Under the pieces are notes generated by a model. That model did not search any database and was not told the origin of the DNA. It was given only the letters and a program-made list of their open reading frames with translations. From assembly GCF_009914755.1 (NCBI RefSeq), contig NC_060947.1: DNA of 64,000 nt. The stretch is one strand, 5' to 3'. The position numbers and the translations under genes are program-made. Positions 30,533 through 44,742 of this stretch are shown here, piece after piece; position 1 is the stretch's first letter, and the number at the start of each line of letters is the position of its first letter. This DNA is from the human T2T-CHM13v2.0 reference genome, Homo sapiens.

Positions 30533-33009
30533 AAAGACAATTTTGGCCCTCAATCATACTTGTCTGGCATCAATTATCTCAGAACTTTCAACTTGCAGTG
30601 TCATTTTAAAATCTTGTCAAAACAATGAAATCAGACTAAAACAAAATAGGCCAGCTTGGTTGAGTAAGGCACATCTCCAACTCATAGAGTAAACTCTACC
30701 CCCTCTTCTGTCTCTCCATTCCCATTCCAGTCAGACTTGCATAAGCACAAGACAGTGAACTGTTATGTAACCTGTACCTGCCATCACCTTTCAACCTGTT
30801 CAATTTTACCCACATTATGTCATGTCAATGCAGTTTACTGGTTTATAATCCAAGGAGCTGCAGTTTACAGGTTAAAAACACACAGCTTGACTAAGAAAAG
30901 GGGTTGTAGTGATGCAGGTTGCCTAGAGCTTTTAGTGTGGGTCCAGCATACTGTTTGCATATTGTAGTGGCCAAAGACTAGGCTGTGAGTCCTTTTGAAT
31001 TGAGATGGTTTAAAGGAAAGCTTGATTAAAGCATAAAAGCCACCAGGGTTCAACTTTTCTTTTCAAGATGCACTTTCACTGTTCTTAAGAAAATTAGAAT
31101 TTTGAGCACAACTATCTGTCTTTGAGTTGGGAGTAAGAAATGTATCCTCCCTTTTCTTATGAAAATCTCAGAAAGAGGTTTCATTTCCCCTGGCTGCTCC
31201 TGAAGGCACGTCATTAGTTCTGAAAAGATTTAAGGGAAAAAAAACCTTTCCATTTTTGATCCAACCTCTTGGAATTATATTCTTCAAAACACATTTATAA
31301 GGAGGGTATCAATTGCCCTATTTTACTGATAGGGAAACTGAGATGTGTGCAATCAACTCACTTTCCAAAGATACATAGCAAGGATATTGTGGATGCTGAT
31401 GTGAACCCCTAGCTACTTAGGATGATCTTCCTTGGTCTCTAGTGATAGGTCTAAACTCAAAGCATCCCTTTCTTTGCATTTTGTATCTGATTATGCTACT
31501 GCAGGTGCATACAGCTCCCTAAACACCAGTCAGTGGGTAATGACCACCTAGGAATGCAGCCTAATTTTTCTTGTTTTCCAGCTCCCTTACCCTTCTGATT
31601 AGTGAGTTTGAAGCTTCTACTAATAATCTTAATAATGCCCTATATATGTGTAATATTTTTATATATTTCAATGCAATTTTACACCTGTTATTTTATTAGA
31701 TCCAATATCCTCACAAGATATGAAAGAATTGCTACCCCTATTTTGTAGTTTGAGAAGCTAGAGACCAGAAACGCTTATGAATCTTTGATAAACTAATTTA
31801 CTTCTCTTAGCCCACATCTACATATTGGTGGATGGTGATAAGGATAGATCAATTTAAATTCTTTCCTCTTCAAAAAGTTACTGACTTTTTTCGGTAAGTT
31901 GTTGGCAAAATCTAAAACTAGATCTCAGGTCTGCTGATTCAGTGAATATTTATTGAGTGCCTACTCTACCAGGCACTATGCTAGGGTTTCTTGACTCCCA
32001 GAAAAACACATATTCTACTCCACTCACCGCCTCCAGTAAATTTGAGGTGAACTACACAGCATGCTAATTGATTGGCAGGCCATCTGTAGTGCAGAACATA
32101 GAAAATCAGCATTGAAATGGGTCCTTCCAATCTAGTGGAGAGATGAGAAGTGTTACTTGTCTATGTACACTCAGAACTTAATTTTGTCATCCTAGTGCCC
32201 ACTCCACAAAAGGTATAACTTTGGCTATATCAGTTGGATTTTCTCAGGAGTTTCTCTTTCCTGCTGCAAACAATTTTTCTCCCAAAGAAAAAAACATTTT
32301 CCTATTTGTATAGATTCTGATTCTCTAGAATCTGCAAATAGAACCAAAATGGAGCTTTTGTTTTGACTAGCATATTGCGGCCACTCCCTCTAAGAATACA
32401 TGTTAATTCATTCTCTGAGACCTAAGAAAAGTATACGACCACAAGCTTTTATTTCTAGCTTATGGTGGTTTATGCTGGAGGTATGTAGAGAAAAGAAATA
32501 TAAACACTGAAGCTCAAAAGTTGCATTCAAAGTATTTAATAAAGGCTTTTTTCTTTTTTACGGGGAAAGCGGCAAGAATGAAAACATACCAAATGACTGA
32601 CAGTGTTCACTTAGGGTGGTGGGATTATGAGGGATTTTCTTCTTTTATTATCACTAAAATTTATTCTGTTTTATAATAGGGAAACAATGTTTCCTTCCCA
32701 AATATTTCTTCAGTTCATCCTCAAGTAATTTGCAGACTTTAGAATCCTCTTTGCAACTTATTCAAGTATTCCAATTTCCCAGTAACTTTCTTAAGGCCCT
32801 TGGAGTTGTTTGTGTGGAGTTGCAAAGAAAGGTCTTTGGGAGGATCTGGCTTCTTTTCAAAGAAGGAAGGAAGCAAGGCCCAAGGAAAGTTTTCCACTCT
32901 TGGCTCAGATCCAGAGAATCTGGCTGCTTTTCTGAGTTGGAACATTTTAATACTACTGTATTACATCAAGAAGAGAATGAGGGGCCAGCAAGGGAGGAGG
33001 GTGGTAGAA

Positions 33010-33175
33010 GGGAGAGATGTATTTATAACAGGGAACAAGGAACATTTTGGGGGTGATGGATTTATTATCAATTCTGCTGACAGTTTTATGAGTGTATACA
33101 TATGTCAAAACTCATCAACTTTTATACTTGTAGTTTCTTGTATGTCAATTATGTCTAAGAAAGCTGCAAAAAACA
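33010..33175 (+). mobile_element. Old L1M 3'-end fragment
   Basis: ttttgggggtgatgga...gtgtatacatatgtcaaaactcatcaa...tgtatgtcaattatgtc. Confidence 0.65.
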
Positions 33176-33508
33176 ACAGAGTTGTTGCAACCCTGGTGAC
33201 AAAAAAGAAGGGAGGGAATCGCTAGACTGTTTAGTCTATAGTCACTTTATATAACTTAGGTTCAGCCCCACCTTCCCAGGTAGAGATCACTTGCTTGTAT
33301 GTTCATGTCTAAATGTGCTACTGAGGAAGGACACCAACAATTGATAATCACTGGGTCTCTCATATCATGGGAATGAGTTTGGAAGACAGAGGGAGACCAG
33401 GTTATGTAAGGATTGAATTTTCAAAGTGAAAAAATGCAAAGCAAAGAAGTCCCTTACTGCAGTGCCTTCAGGAACAATATTATGAGTTGTTAGTAAAAGC
33501 AGATGTTC

Positions 33509-33890
<382 letters not shown>

Positions 33891-34666
33891 CTAAACAGCT
33901 GTGTAATTTTTTGTTAAGTCAAAAAAGTATTCCACCAATACGGGCCACTGTAATTTCATTTGTAAAATCTGAAGATTTGACTTGGCTTTAAGGGTTTATT
34001 CTAGCTCTAATTTCTACATGACATTTTGAGAAGACTCTATGCTTTCCCACTTCCCCACCACTCATACAAAGTAAAACTCACACATATACACACACACATA
34101 CACCTTCCTTCTTGGCTTCCCAGGGCTTAAAGTATCACTGTTGGGAGAGTCAGCCCTTTGGTCTCAAAGACTTTTTCTGTCTTCTAGAGTTTACTATGAG
34201 GGCCTACTCTGATTTCAGAGTCCCCATGTCTCCACCTATAAAATGTGAACCTTGAGCTTAATCTCACCAACGTCCAAAATTCTAGGTTTGTGGATCTTTA
34301 ATTAAAATACAAATATCACTGAAAAAGAAATGCACTTAAGCTGCCATAAGTTATTTCTCTAATCCCTTTAAAACCAGAAAAGCCTTAGAAAGGCCTGCTC
34401 TAAATGGATCACATGAAAATGTCCCCCCAAATAGGAATAAACCCCCAAGACAGGAGAAGTATATCATAAATCAATAAATTCAAATTACTTGGACTTTAGA
34501 AGTTTGCCTTTAGTTGTACTTAAGCACACATATTTTATTCTTCCCTATAGATAAGGGAAGAAGGAATTCAAACCCCTTTTAGGAAAAAGGGGGAAATTAT
34601 CCCTTTTCTTTTTCCATCACAGTCTCTGCTTGCCTGACAAAAGAAAAGTGGATGTAAAATGGAGCC

Positions 34667-35138
34667 TGTAATGAGCCAAATGGTGGTTTCCCGAAAGGCA
34701 TGTCCATATCTTAATCTACATAACTTCTGAATACGACAAAAGAGTACATATTATCTCTTGTGATAAAATATATGATTAGGTTAAGGAACTTGAGAGGGGA
34801 ATCTTATCCTGGATTGCCTGGGTTGACCCTAAATACAATCACGTATACTTATAAGATAGCGGCAGAAGGATATTTAAAACAGAAGAGGAAAAGGAAGCAA
34901 TGTAAACTTGAAGGCAGATATTGGAGTGATGTGATCAAAAGCCAAGTAATGCCTGGAGCCAAGAGAAGCTGGAAGAGGCCAGGAACAAATTTTCCCCGAG
35001 AGCATCTATAAGGAGTAGTTTTACTAACACCTTGATTTTGTACTTCTGACTTCCAGAACTATGAGAATATAAATTTATGTTTTGTTAAGCCACCAAGTTT
35101 ATGGTAATTTGTCATGGCAGCTACAGAAAATGAATACA
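34667..35138 (+). mobile_element. MLT1 (C/D-like) solo LTR
   Basis: tg...ca termini, aagccaccaagtttatggtaatttgtcatggcagc...aataca end, perfect TSD GAGCC (34662-34666, 35139-35143). Confidence 0.85.
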
Positions 35139-35229
35139 GAGCCTTTACAAGGGCCCTTCCAACCAAGTCTAAACTGATCACCACTTTTTATCAGTTCCAT
35201 AAAATGTTTAGTGAAAAAGAAATCACTCT

Positions 35230-37251
35230 TAGAGCAGTGTCAGCAAAATGGCAAAGTAGGCAGCTTCAAGCGCCCTTCCCTTCACAAAAACATCAAAAAA
35301 TCAATCAGAACCTGTTAGAATCAACTTGGTCAGAGCTCTGGAAAACAGTCAAAGGTTTTCAGCAACCAAGTAAATGCTGAATCAAGAAAAGTGCAACTTA
35401 AAGGCAATAGGAAAGCTTTGTGACATTTTTACTTGTCTTTTGCCTCACCCCCCTGCCAGTTCAGTGACAATCTTAAAAATGGAAGCTCATGTTACCAGTG
35501 TGGAACTTTGGTGCCTTGTTCTGGAGGGAGCATAAACAATCTTATTTGCAAAGAACTTTGTTTGTTCTAACCTATTTGGAGGATACCTGAAGGACTGATG
35601 CAAGGTACTTGTCTATATTTTGCTTAATTCAGAACTTACTCAGATCTGAAAAGTGATGGGTAGTCCTCAAACCATTGTAACATTAACAAATAACTGAAGC
35701 TGCCTGGAGCAAACATTTATGGTTGATACATACAATAGAATGACAAAAGCCTGGAAAGAAAAGCATGGAAGAGAGCTTCTTTGGGAAATTAGGGCATTTA
35801 AAATTGCTTGTGTGTACTGGGAAATTTAAAAAGTGACACAAATGACCAAGGGAAGATTCAAGCTCGTAAAAGACTTAAGAAGATGTTAAGTTTTCACTTC
35901 TGACTAATCTCTAGGCCCAGTGCAAGCAGAGAGTGAAGACTAAACCAAGGTTGCTGCAATCTTTCTTCACAAGGAAGCAGACTTCAGGCCGCTCCTGTTT
36001 TCCAACACTAAGCTCTACTTTATAATTTTAGTTCCTAGCATTTAAGCACTGCTGTAATACAGAGCCAACTCTAAAGACTAAGAGAAGGGTTTTTTCTTCA
36101 TCTTTCTCCCTTTCTTGCTCCTTCTCTCTCTTTCTCTCTCTCTCTTTTCTTTCTTTCTCTTTCCCCTTTCTTCCCCGCTCTTCTTCTGTTCAAAGAAACC
36201 TCTGTCAGAACTAGCAGACACACTTAAAGGAACAGAGACTTCCTAGATCCCATATGACAAATAAATGTAGACTTTACAAAAATAGTTTTTAAAAGTATCA
36301 AACAAACAGTTACAGTGACTGCATGCAGCATAAACTGAGCAGAGGAATAAGAATCAGACTTCTAGAGTTACTATATTGTAATATTCAAAATGTTCAGTTT
36401 TCAACAAAATTGCCAAATAATGGAAACATAAACAAGGAAGTATGACCCATTTAAAGAACAAATTAACAGACACTGCCCCTGAGAAGGCACAGACATAGGA
36501 CATAATAAACAAGAATTTTAAATCCACTACCTTAAATATGCTCAAAGAGAAAAGAAAATCACAGAAAAAAATCTAAAGGAAAGACAGAATTATATATGAA
36601 CAAATGGAGGGTAACAATAGAGATTTACAAAGGAACCAATCAGAAATTCTGGAGTTGAGAAGTACAATAACTAAAATTTTTTAAAAAGTGAACTGGAAGA
36701 TAGGTCTTTTGATGTTATCTAGTCTATGGAACTGGTCATTATCCAGTCTATGGAATGATAGTATCCAGTCTATATAATGACATTATCCAGTCTATAGAAT
36801 ATAAAAGAATGAAGAAAAAAATGAACAGAACCTAAGGGTCCTATGACACATCATGGAGTTTAACAACATACACATCATGGGAATACCAAAAGGAGAAAAT
36901 AGAGCAAAACAACCAAAAAGAATATTTGAATAAATAATAAATATTTTGAATAATAATAAATAATGGCAAAAAAGTCTCAATTTTAATCATAGACATGAAT
37001 ATATACATCTGTGAAGCTCAATGAATTTCAAGTAGAAGAAAATTAAAGAGGTCCACATTGAAACACATTATAATGAAACTATTCAATGTCAATGGCTAAT
37101 AGAGAATCTTGAAAGCAGCAAGATAGAAGCAACTTGTCACATCTAAGAGATCCTCGATAAAATTAATAGCAGATTCCTCATTAAAAACCATGGAGGCCGG
37201 AAAGGAGTGGAATGACACTTTCAAACTGTTGAAAGAAACAAAACCTGTCAA
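35230..37251 (+). mobile_element. Old L1M 5'UTR and ORF1 (left half of the host of the MORF4L1 retrocopy)
   Basis: ORF1-like A-rich sequence ending ...ctgttgaaagaaacaaaacctgtcaa; continues at ~50890. Confidence 0.7.
36095..36188 (+). repeat. CT-rich low-complexity tract
   Basis: Polypyrimidine run of (CT)n/(CTTT)n. Confidence 0.85.
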
Positions 37252-37536
37252 AAATTGGCCCCAGGGTGTTGAGCTGGTAGTCCTTTTTCTATTGTGACAA
37301 AATATACATAACATAAAATTTACTATTAAAACCATTTAAAATTTATTTTTAATTAATATGAGTACATAATAGGTGTATATATTCACAGGGTACGTAAGAT
37401 GTTCTAATACAGGCATACAATGTGTCATAGTCGCATCAAGATAATTGGGGCATCCATCCCCTCAAGCATTTAACACTTCTCTGTGTTAGGAATCTTCCAA
37501 TTTCATGTTTTTAGATATTTTAAAATATACAATAAA

Positions 37537-37858
<322 letters not shown>

Positions 37859-40800
37859 CTATCAAATACTAGATTTTATTCATTCTGTTGACCTATATTT
37901 TTGCACACATTATCTATCGTTTTATGTCCCCCTCTCTCTACTACACATCTCCACCCTGCCCAGTACCTTTCCTAGCTTCTGATAACCATCATTCTACTAT
38001 GTTCATGAGTTCAATTGCTTTAATGTTTAGTTCCCGCATATGAGTGAGAACATGTGAAGTTTGTCTTTCTCTGGCTGGCTTATTTCACTTAACATAATTG
38101 CCTCCAATTCCATCCATGTTGTTGCAAATGACAGGATTTTATGTCTGTTTTATGACTGAATAATATTCCCTTGTGTGTATGCATCACATTTTCTTTATCC
38201 ATTCATCTGCTGATGGACACTTAGGTAGCTTCCAAATCATGGCTATTGTGAATAGTACTGCAATAAACATGGGAGTACAGATATCTCTTCAATATCATTA
38301 TTTCCTTTCTTTCAGATATTATATATCTGAAAGAGTGAGATTATATATCTGAAAGAGTGAGATTATATATCTGAAGGAGTGAGATGGCTGGATCAATTGT
38401 ATAATAGGTCCATTTTTAGTTTTTTTAGGAACGTCCATACAGTTCTCCATAGTAGCTAGATGAATTTACATTCTTAACAGTATACAAGTGTTCCTCTTTC
38501 TCCACATCCTCACCAGCATTAATTATTGCCTGTCTTTTGGATAAAAGTTATTTTTACTGGGGTAAGGTGACATCTTATTATAGTTTTGATTTGCATTTAT
38601 CAGATGATTAATGATGTTGAGCATTTTTTTCATATGCTTGGCAATTTGTATGTCTTCTTTTCAGAAATGTCTATTCAGGTCTTTTGCCTATTTTTAAAAT
38701 TGGATTATTTATTTTTTCTGTCAAGTTGTTTGAGCTCCTTATAATTTCTGGTTCTTAATCCGTTGTCAGATGGTTAGATTGCAAATATTTTCTTCCAATC
38801 TGTGGGTTGTCTCTTCACTTTGTTCATTGTTTTCTTTGCTGTGCAGAAGCTTTTTAGCTTGATGTGATCCCATTTGTCGATTTTTGCTTTTGTTGCCTGT
38901 GTGTTTGAGGTCTTACTCAAGAAATTGCTGTCCAGACAAATATTCTGGAGAGTTTCCTCAATGTTTCATGTCTTAGATTTAAGTCTTTAATCCATTTTTG
39001 TTTCATTTCTGTATATTGTGAAAGACAAGAGTCTAGTTTCATTCTTCTGCATATGGGTATTCAGTTTTCCCAGTACTACTTATTGAAGAGACTGTTCTTT
39101 CTCCAGTGTACGTTCTTGACGTCTTTGTCAAAAAGGAGTTTTCTGTAGACGTGTGAATTTATTTCTGGGTTCTCTGTCCTGTTTTATTGGTCTATGTGTA
39201 TGTTTTCATGACAGTACCATTCAGTTTTCATTGCTATACCTCTGTAATATAAAGTCAGTTAATGTGATTTATCTAGTTTTGTTCTTTTTGCTTAGGATAG
39301 CTTTGGCTATTCTGGGTCTGTTTTGGTTCCATATAAATTTTAGATTGCTTTTTCTATTTCTGTGAGGAATGTAATTGGTATTTTCATAGGAATTGCATTG
39401 AATCTGTAGATTTCTTTGGGTAGTATGGACATTTTAACAGTATTGATTTTTTCAATCTATGACCATGGAGTGTATTTCCATTTTTTGATGTCTTCAATGT
39501 CTTTCACCAATGTTTCATAGATTTTATTATAGAGATCTTTCACTTCTTTGGTTAATTCTTAGATATTTAATTTTATGTGTGGCTATTATAAATGGGATTA
39601 GTCTTTTATTTCTTTTTCAGATGGTTAATTCTTGGCATATAGAAATGCTACTGATTTTTGTATGTTGATTTTGTAGCCTACAACATTACCAAATTTGTTT
39701 ATCAGTTCAGATTTTTTTTGGTGGAGCATTTAGGTTTACCTAGATATAAGTTTACATTTCTAAAAGTAAAGATAATTTAACTTCCTCCTTTCCAATTTGG
39801 ATGCATTTTACTCATTTCTCTTGTCTAATTGCTCAAGCTAGGAATTTTAGTACTAAGTGGAATAACAGTTGTGTAAGTGGGCATCCTTTTTTTCTTTCAG
39901 GTCTTAGGGGGAAGGCTTTCAGCTTTTCTCCATTCAGTTTGATAACAGCTATAGCTTTGTCAATTATGGCATTTATCATGTTGAGCTCTATTCTTTCTAT
40001 ATCCAGTTTTTGAGAGTAGTTATTGTCATTAATGGATATTGAATTTTATCAAATGCTTTTTCAGCATCAGTTGAAATGATTATATGGTTTTGGTCTTTTA
40101 TTCTTATTTGGTCCTCAATTGAAGTGATGTATCACATAGATTGATTTGTGTATGTTGAACCATCCTTGCATCCCTTGTCATGATGAATAATCTTTTTAAT
40201 GTATTCTTGAATGTGACTTGTTAGTATTTTGTTGAGGATATTTGCATCAATGCTCATCAGGAATATTGGCCTGTGCTTTGCTTTGCTTGTGTCTTTGTCT
40301 GATTTTGGTATCAGAGTAATATTTGTCTTTCAGAGTCAGTTTGGAAGTATTCCTTTCTCTTTAATGTTTCATAATAGTTTGAATAAGATTGGCATTAGCT
40401 CTTTAACAGTTTGATCGAATTCATCAGTGAAGCCATTGGGACCTGGGCTTTTCCTTGATAGACTTTTTATTATGGGTTCAATATTGTTGCTTGTTATTGA
40501 TCTATTCAGGTTTTGAATTTCTTCATGGTTCAATCTTGGTAAGTTGTATGTCTTGGAATATATCCATTTCTTCTAAGTTTTCCAATTCATTGCCATGTAG
40601 CTGATCATAGTAGTCTCCAATGATCCTTGGAATTTCTGTGGTATCAGTTGTAAAGTTTCCTTTTTCATCTCTGATTTAATTTATTTGGGTCTTCTCTTTT
40701 TTCTTAGTCTGGCTAAGGGTCTGTCAATTTTATCTCTTCAAAAAAACTTTTTATTTTGTTGACTGTATTTTTTTAAATTTTATTTATTTTTCTTCTGATC

Positions 40801-42103
40801 TTTATTTTTCTTCTATTAATTTTGGGTTTGGTTTGCTCTTCTAATTCTTTGAGATGCATAATTAGGCTTTTCATTTGAAGATTTTCTACTTTTTTGACGT
40901 AGTTGCTTATTGTCACTAGTTTTCCTCTTAGTACAATTTTCACTGTATCCCACAGGTTTTGGTATATTTTGTTTCCATTTTCACTTGTTTCAAGAAATTT
41001 TTAAGTTTCCTTTTTAATTCCTTCATTGATCCACTGGTCATTCAGGAGCATATTGTTTAATTTTCATGTGTTTGGATAGTTTCCAAAGTTCTTCCTGTTA
41101 TTAATTTTTAGTTTTATTCCATTGTGGTCAGATAATATGATAATATACTTGATATGATTTACATGTTTTTGAATTTTATAAAACTTGTTTTGTGTCCTAA
41201 CATAAGGTCTATCCTTGAAAATGATCCATGTGCTTAGGAGAAGAATGTATATTTTGCAGATATTAGATGAAATGTTCTGAAAATATGTATTAGGTCTATT
41301 AGATTTGTAGTGCAGACTGAGTCCAATTTTTTGTTGGTTTTCTGTCTGCATGATCTGTCCAATGGTGAGTGTGAAAAATTGTGATCTCCGGGTACTGTGT
41401 TGAGGTCTGTCTCTCTCTCTTTCGTTCTAATAATATTTGCTTTATGTATCTGGGTACTCCAGTGTTGAGCACATATATTTATTATTGTTTTATCCTTTTG
41501 CTGCATTGACTTTTGTATTTTATAATGCCCATCTTTGTCACTGTTTATAGTTTTTGTCCTAAAATCTATTTTATCGGATATAAGTAATTAGTCTTGCTCT
41601 TTTTTGGTTTCCATTTGCGTGGAATGTCTTTTTTTATCCTTTTATTTTCAGCCTGTGTATGTCTTTATAGGTGAAGTGAATTTCTTGTAGGCATCATATA
41701 CTTGGATCTTGTTTTTTTATTCATTCAGCCACTCTCGGTCTTTTGACTGGAGATTTTAGTTTACTTAAATTTACTGGTAACAGTAATTAAACAGAAAAAT
41801 GGAGAATACTCTAAAACTGTTCTTTTAGTGTGTCCATCACTCATATCTTTAGTAGGAAGACAGAAAGAAAAACCTATCAAAAATAATAGCTACGCCAACT
41901 TTTTAAGAGTCAGGTAGTATAAAAAGATATAAATAGGAGCAATAAAAAGTTCAAAAATGGGGAAGGGATGAAGTTAAAGTGTAATTTAATGTAATTATTG
42001 ATAAGTTAGGACATAGCACTGCCATTTTGTTACTTGTTTTCTGGTGTTCTGTGGTCCTCTCTGTCTTCCTTCTTATCTTCTTTTGTGTAAAAGTGATTTT
42101 TCC

Positions 42104-42423
<320 letters not shown>

Positions 42424-44742
42424 TCATTTCTTGCTTTTTATTTTTTGTGTATCTGTTGTAGGTTTTTTCATTTGATGTAACCATAAGGCTTGCAAATAAC
42501 CTCTTATAACCAATTATTTTGAACTGATGATGACTGAACTCTGTTACAAAAATCAGCCAAATAAGTAAAGAGAAAACTAATAAATACTTTACACTTTAAC
42601 TCCATTACCTCCCCATATTAGAACTTTGTATTGTATTAATTTATATTGTTTCATACTATCTCTGAAAAGGTTGGTGTAGTTATTATTTTTGATAAGTTCT
42701 TCTTTTTGTCTTCCTACTAAAGATATGAGTGATTTACACACTACAATTACAGTGTTAGTGTTACAGTATTCCACGTTTGTGCATTTACTGTTACCAGTGA
42801 GTTTTGTACCTTCAGATGATTTCTCATTGCTTATTAACATCCTTTTCTTTCAGATTGCGGGACTCCCTTTAGCATTTCTTGTAGGGCAGGTCTTGTGTTG
42901 ATAAAATTCCTCAGCTTTAATTTGTCTGGGGAAGTTTTTATTTCTCCATCATGTTTGCAGAATATTTTCACTGATTATAATATTCTAGGTTGGGAGGTTT
43001 TTTTTCTTCAGCACTTTGAGTATATCATGCTACTCTCTCCTGGCCTATAGGATTACCCCTGAAAAGTATACTGCCAGATGTATTGGAACTTTTTTATATG
43101 TTATATGTTTTTTGTTTTTTCTCTTGCTGCTTTTAGGATCCTTTCTTTATCCTTGACCTATGGAAATTTGATTATTAAATGCCTTAAGGTAGTCTTATTT
43201 GAGTTAAATCTTCTTGCTATTCTCTAAGCTTCTTGTACATGAAATATTGATATCATTCTGTCTGTTAGAAAAGTTCTCTGTTAATATTTTTTGAGTGAAT
43301 TTTCTACCCCAATCTTTCTCTCCCTATCTTTTCTTTAAGGTCAATAACTCTTAGATTTTCCCTTTTGAGGATATTTTCTCATAGGCATGCTTTATTCCTT
43401 TTTTATTCATTTTTCTCTTCTGCGTATCTTCATATAGCCTGCTTCAAACTCACTAATTATTTTTTCTGCTTGATCAATTGTCATTGAAATGCTCTGTTGA
43501 ATTTTTCAGTTTGTCAATTCAATCTTTGAAGTCCAATATTTCTGCTTAATTTTTAATTATTTCAATCTGTTAAACTTCTCAAATAGGATTCTGAATTCAT
43601 TCTCCGTGTTTTCTTGAAGTTTCTTAAGCTTCCTCAAAACAGCTGTTTTTGAATTCTCCATCTGAAAAGTCACATATCTCTGTCACTCCAGGATTGGTTA
43701 CAGTGCCTTATTTAGTTCATATGGTGATGTCATGTTTTCCTTGATGTTTGCCAATGACTGGGCATTGAAGAGTTAGATATTTATTTTAATCTTCACAGTC
43801 TGGGCTTGTTTGTACCCATTCTTTTTGAGAAGGCTTTCCAAGTGTTATAAAGAAATTAGGTGTTTTGATCTAAGTTTTTGGTCAGTGTAGCCATTCTGCA
43901 CTAGGGGAAGCCCCAAGCCCAGTAATGATGCTACTCTTGCAGACTCTTACCACCAGGCAGATTCTCTCATTCCCTTTTTCCACATTTCCTCAAATAGAAG
44001 GAGTCTCTGTCTCCATGCTAGGCTGCCTGTAGTTGGGAGAGCAGTAATGCAAGCACTCTCATGGGCACCACAGTTGGGATTATGTTGAGATACACCTTAA
44101 GCCAGCACACTATTGAGTTTCACCCAAGGCCTGTGGTTAGTATTGCTTGGCTACCACTGACGTTTATTTCAGGGCCCTAGGTCACTTTAATCAGTAGATA
44201 GTGAATCCTGCCAGGACTGGGTACTTCTCTCCAGCACAGCAGGTTTCTTTCTGACCCAGGGTCAATCTAGAAATGTCATTCAGGAGGAAGGGGCTAGAAT
44301 CAGGGGATTCAAGATTCTGCTTAGTGCTTTATTTTACAGTGGCTGAGCAGGTACCCAAGTTACAAAATTATCATTACTCTTTCCTCTCCTTTCCAAAAGT
44401 GGAAGGAGTCTCTCCCTGAGTTACACTGCCTGGATTTGGGATAGAGGTGACATGAGCACTCCTTTGGCCACGATAGCTGTTGTCACTCTGAGTCACATGT
44501 ATCCCAAGTTTGCTGGCTTTGAGCCCAGTTCAGCATCCAGAGCTGACAATGCTTGAAGTTCTTGTGGCCTGACTGCTTTTCCAAATTTTTCAGGACCTCA
44601 GAGCATTTTAGTTAGCCAGTGGTGGAGCTAGACAGAACTCAGGTTTATACCACTAAAGTAGAGGATTCCCCTCTGGCCAGAGATAATTTAAATGTTTCCG
44701 CCATGGTCACCAGCAGAATTCTGTTCTGTGTTGTGTTCCACT

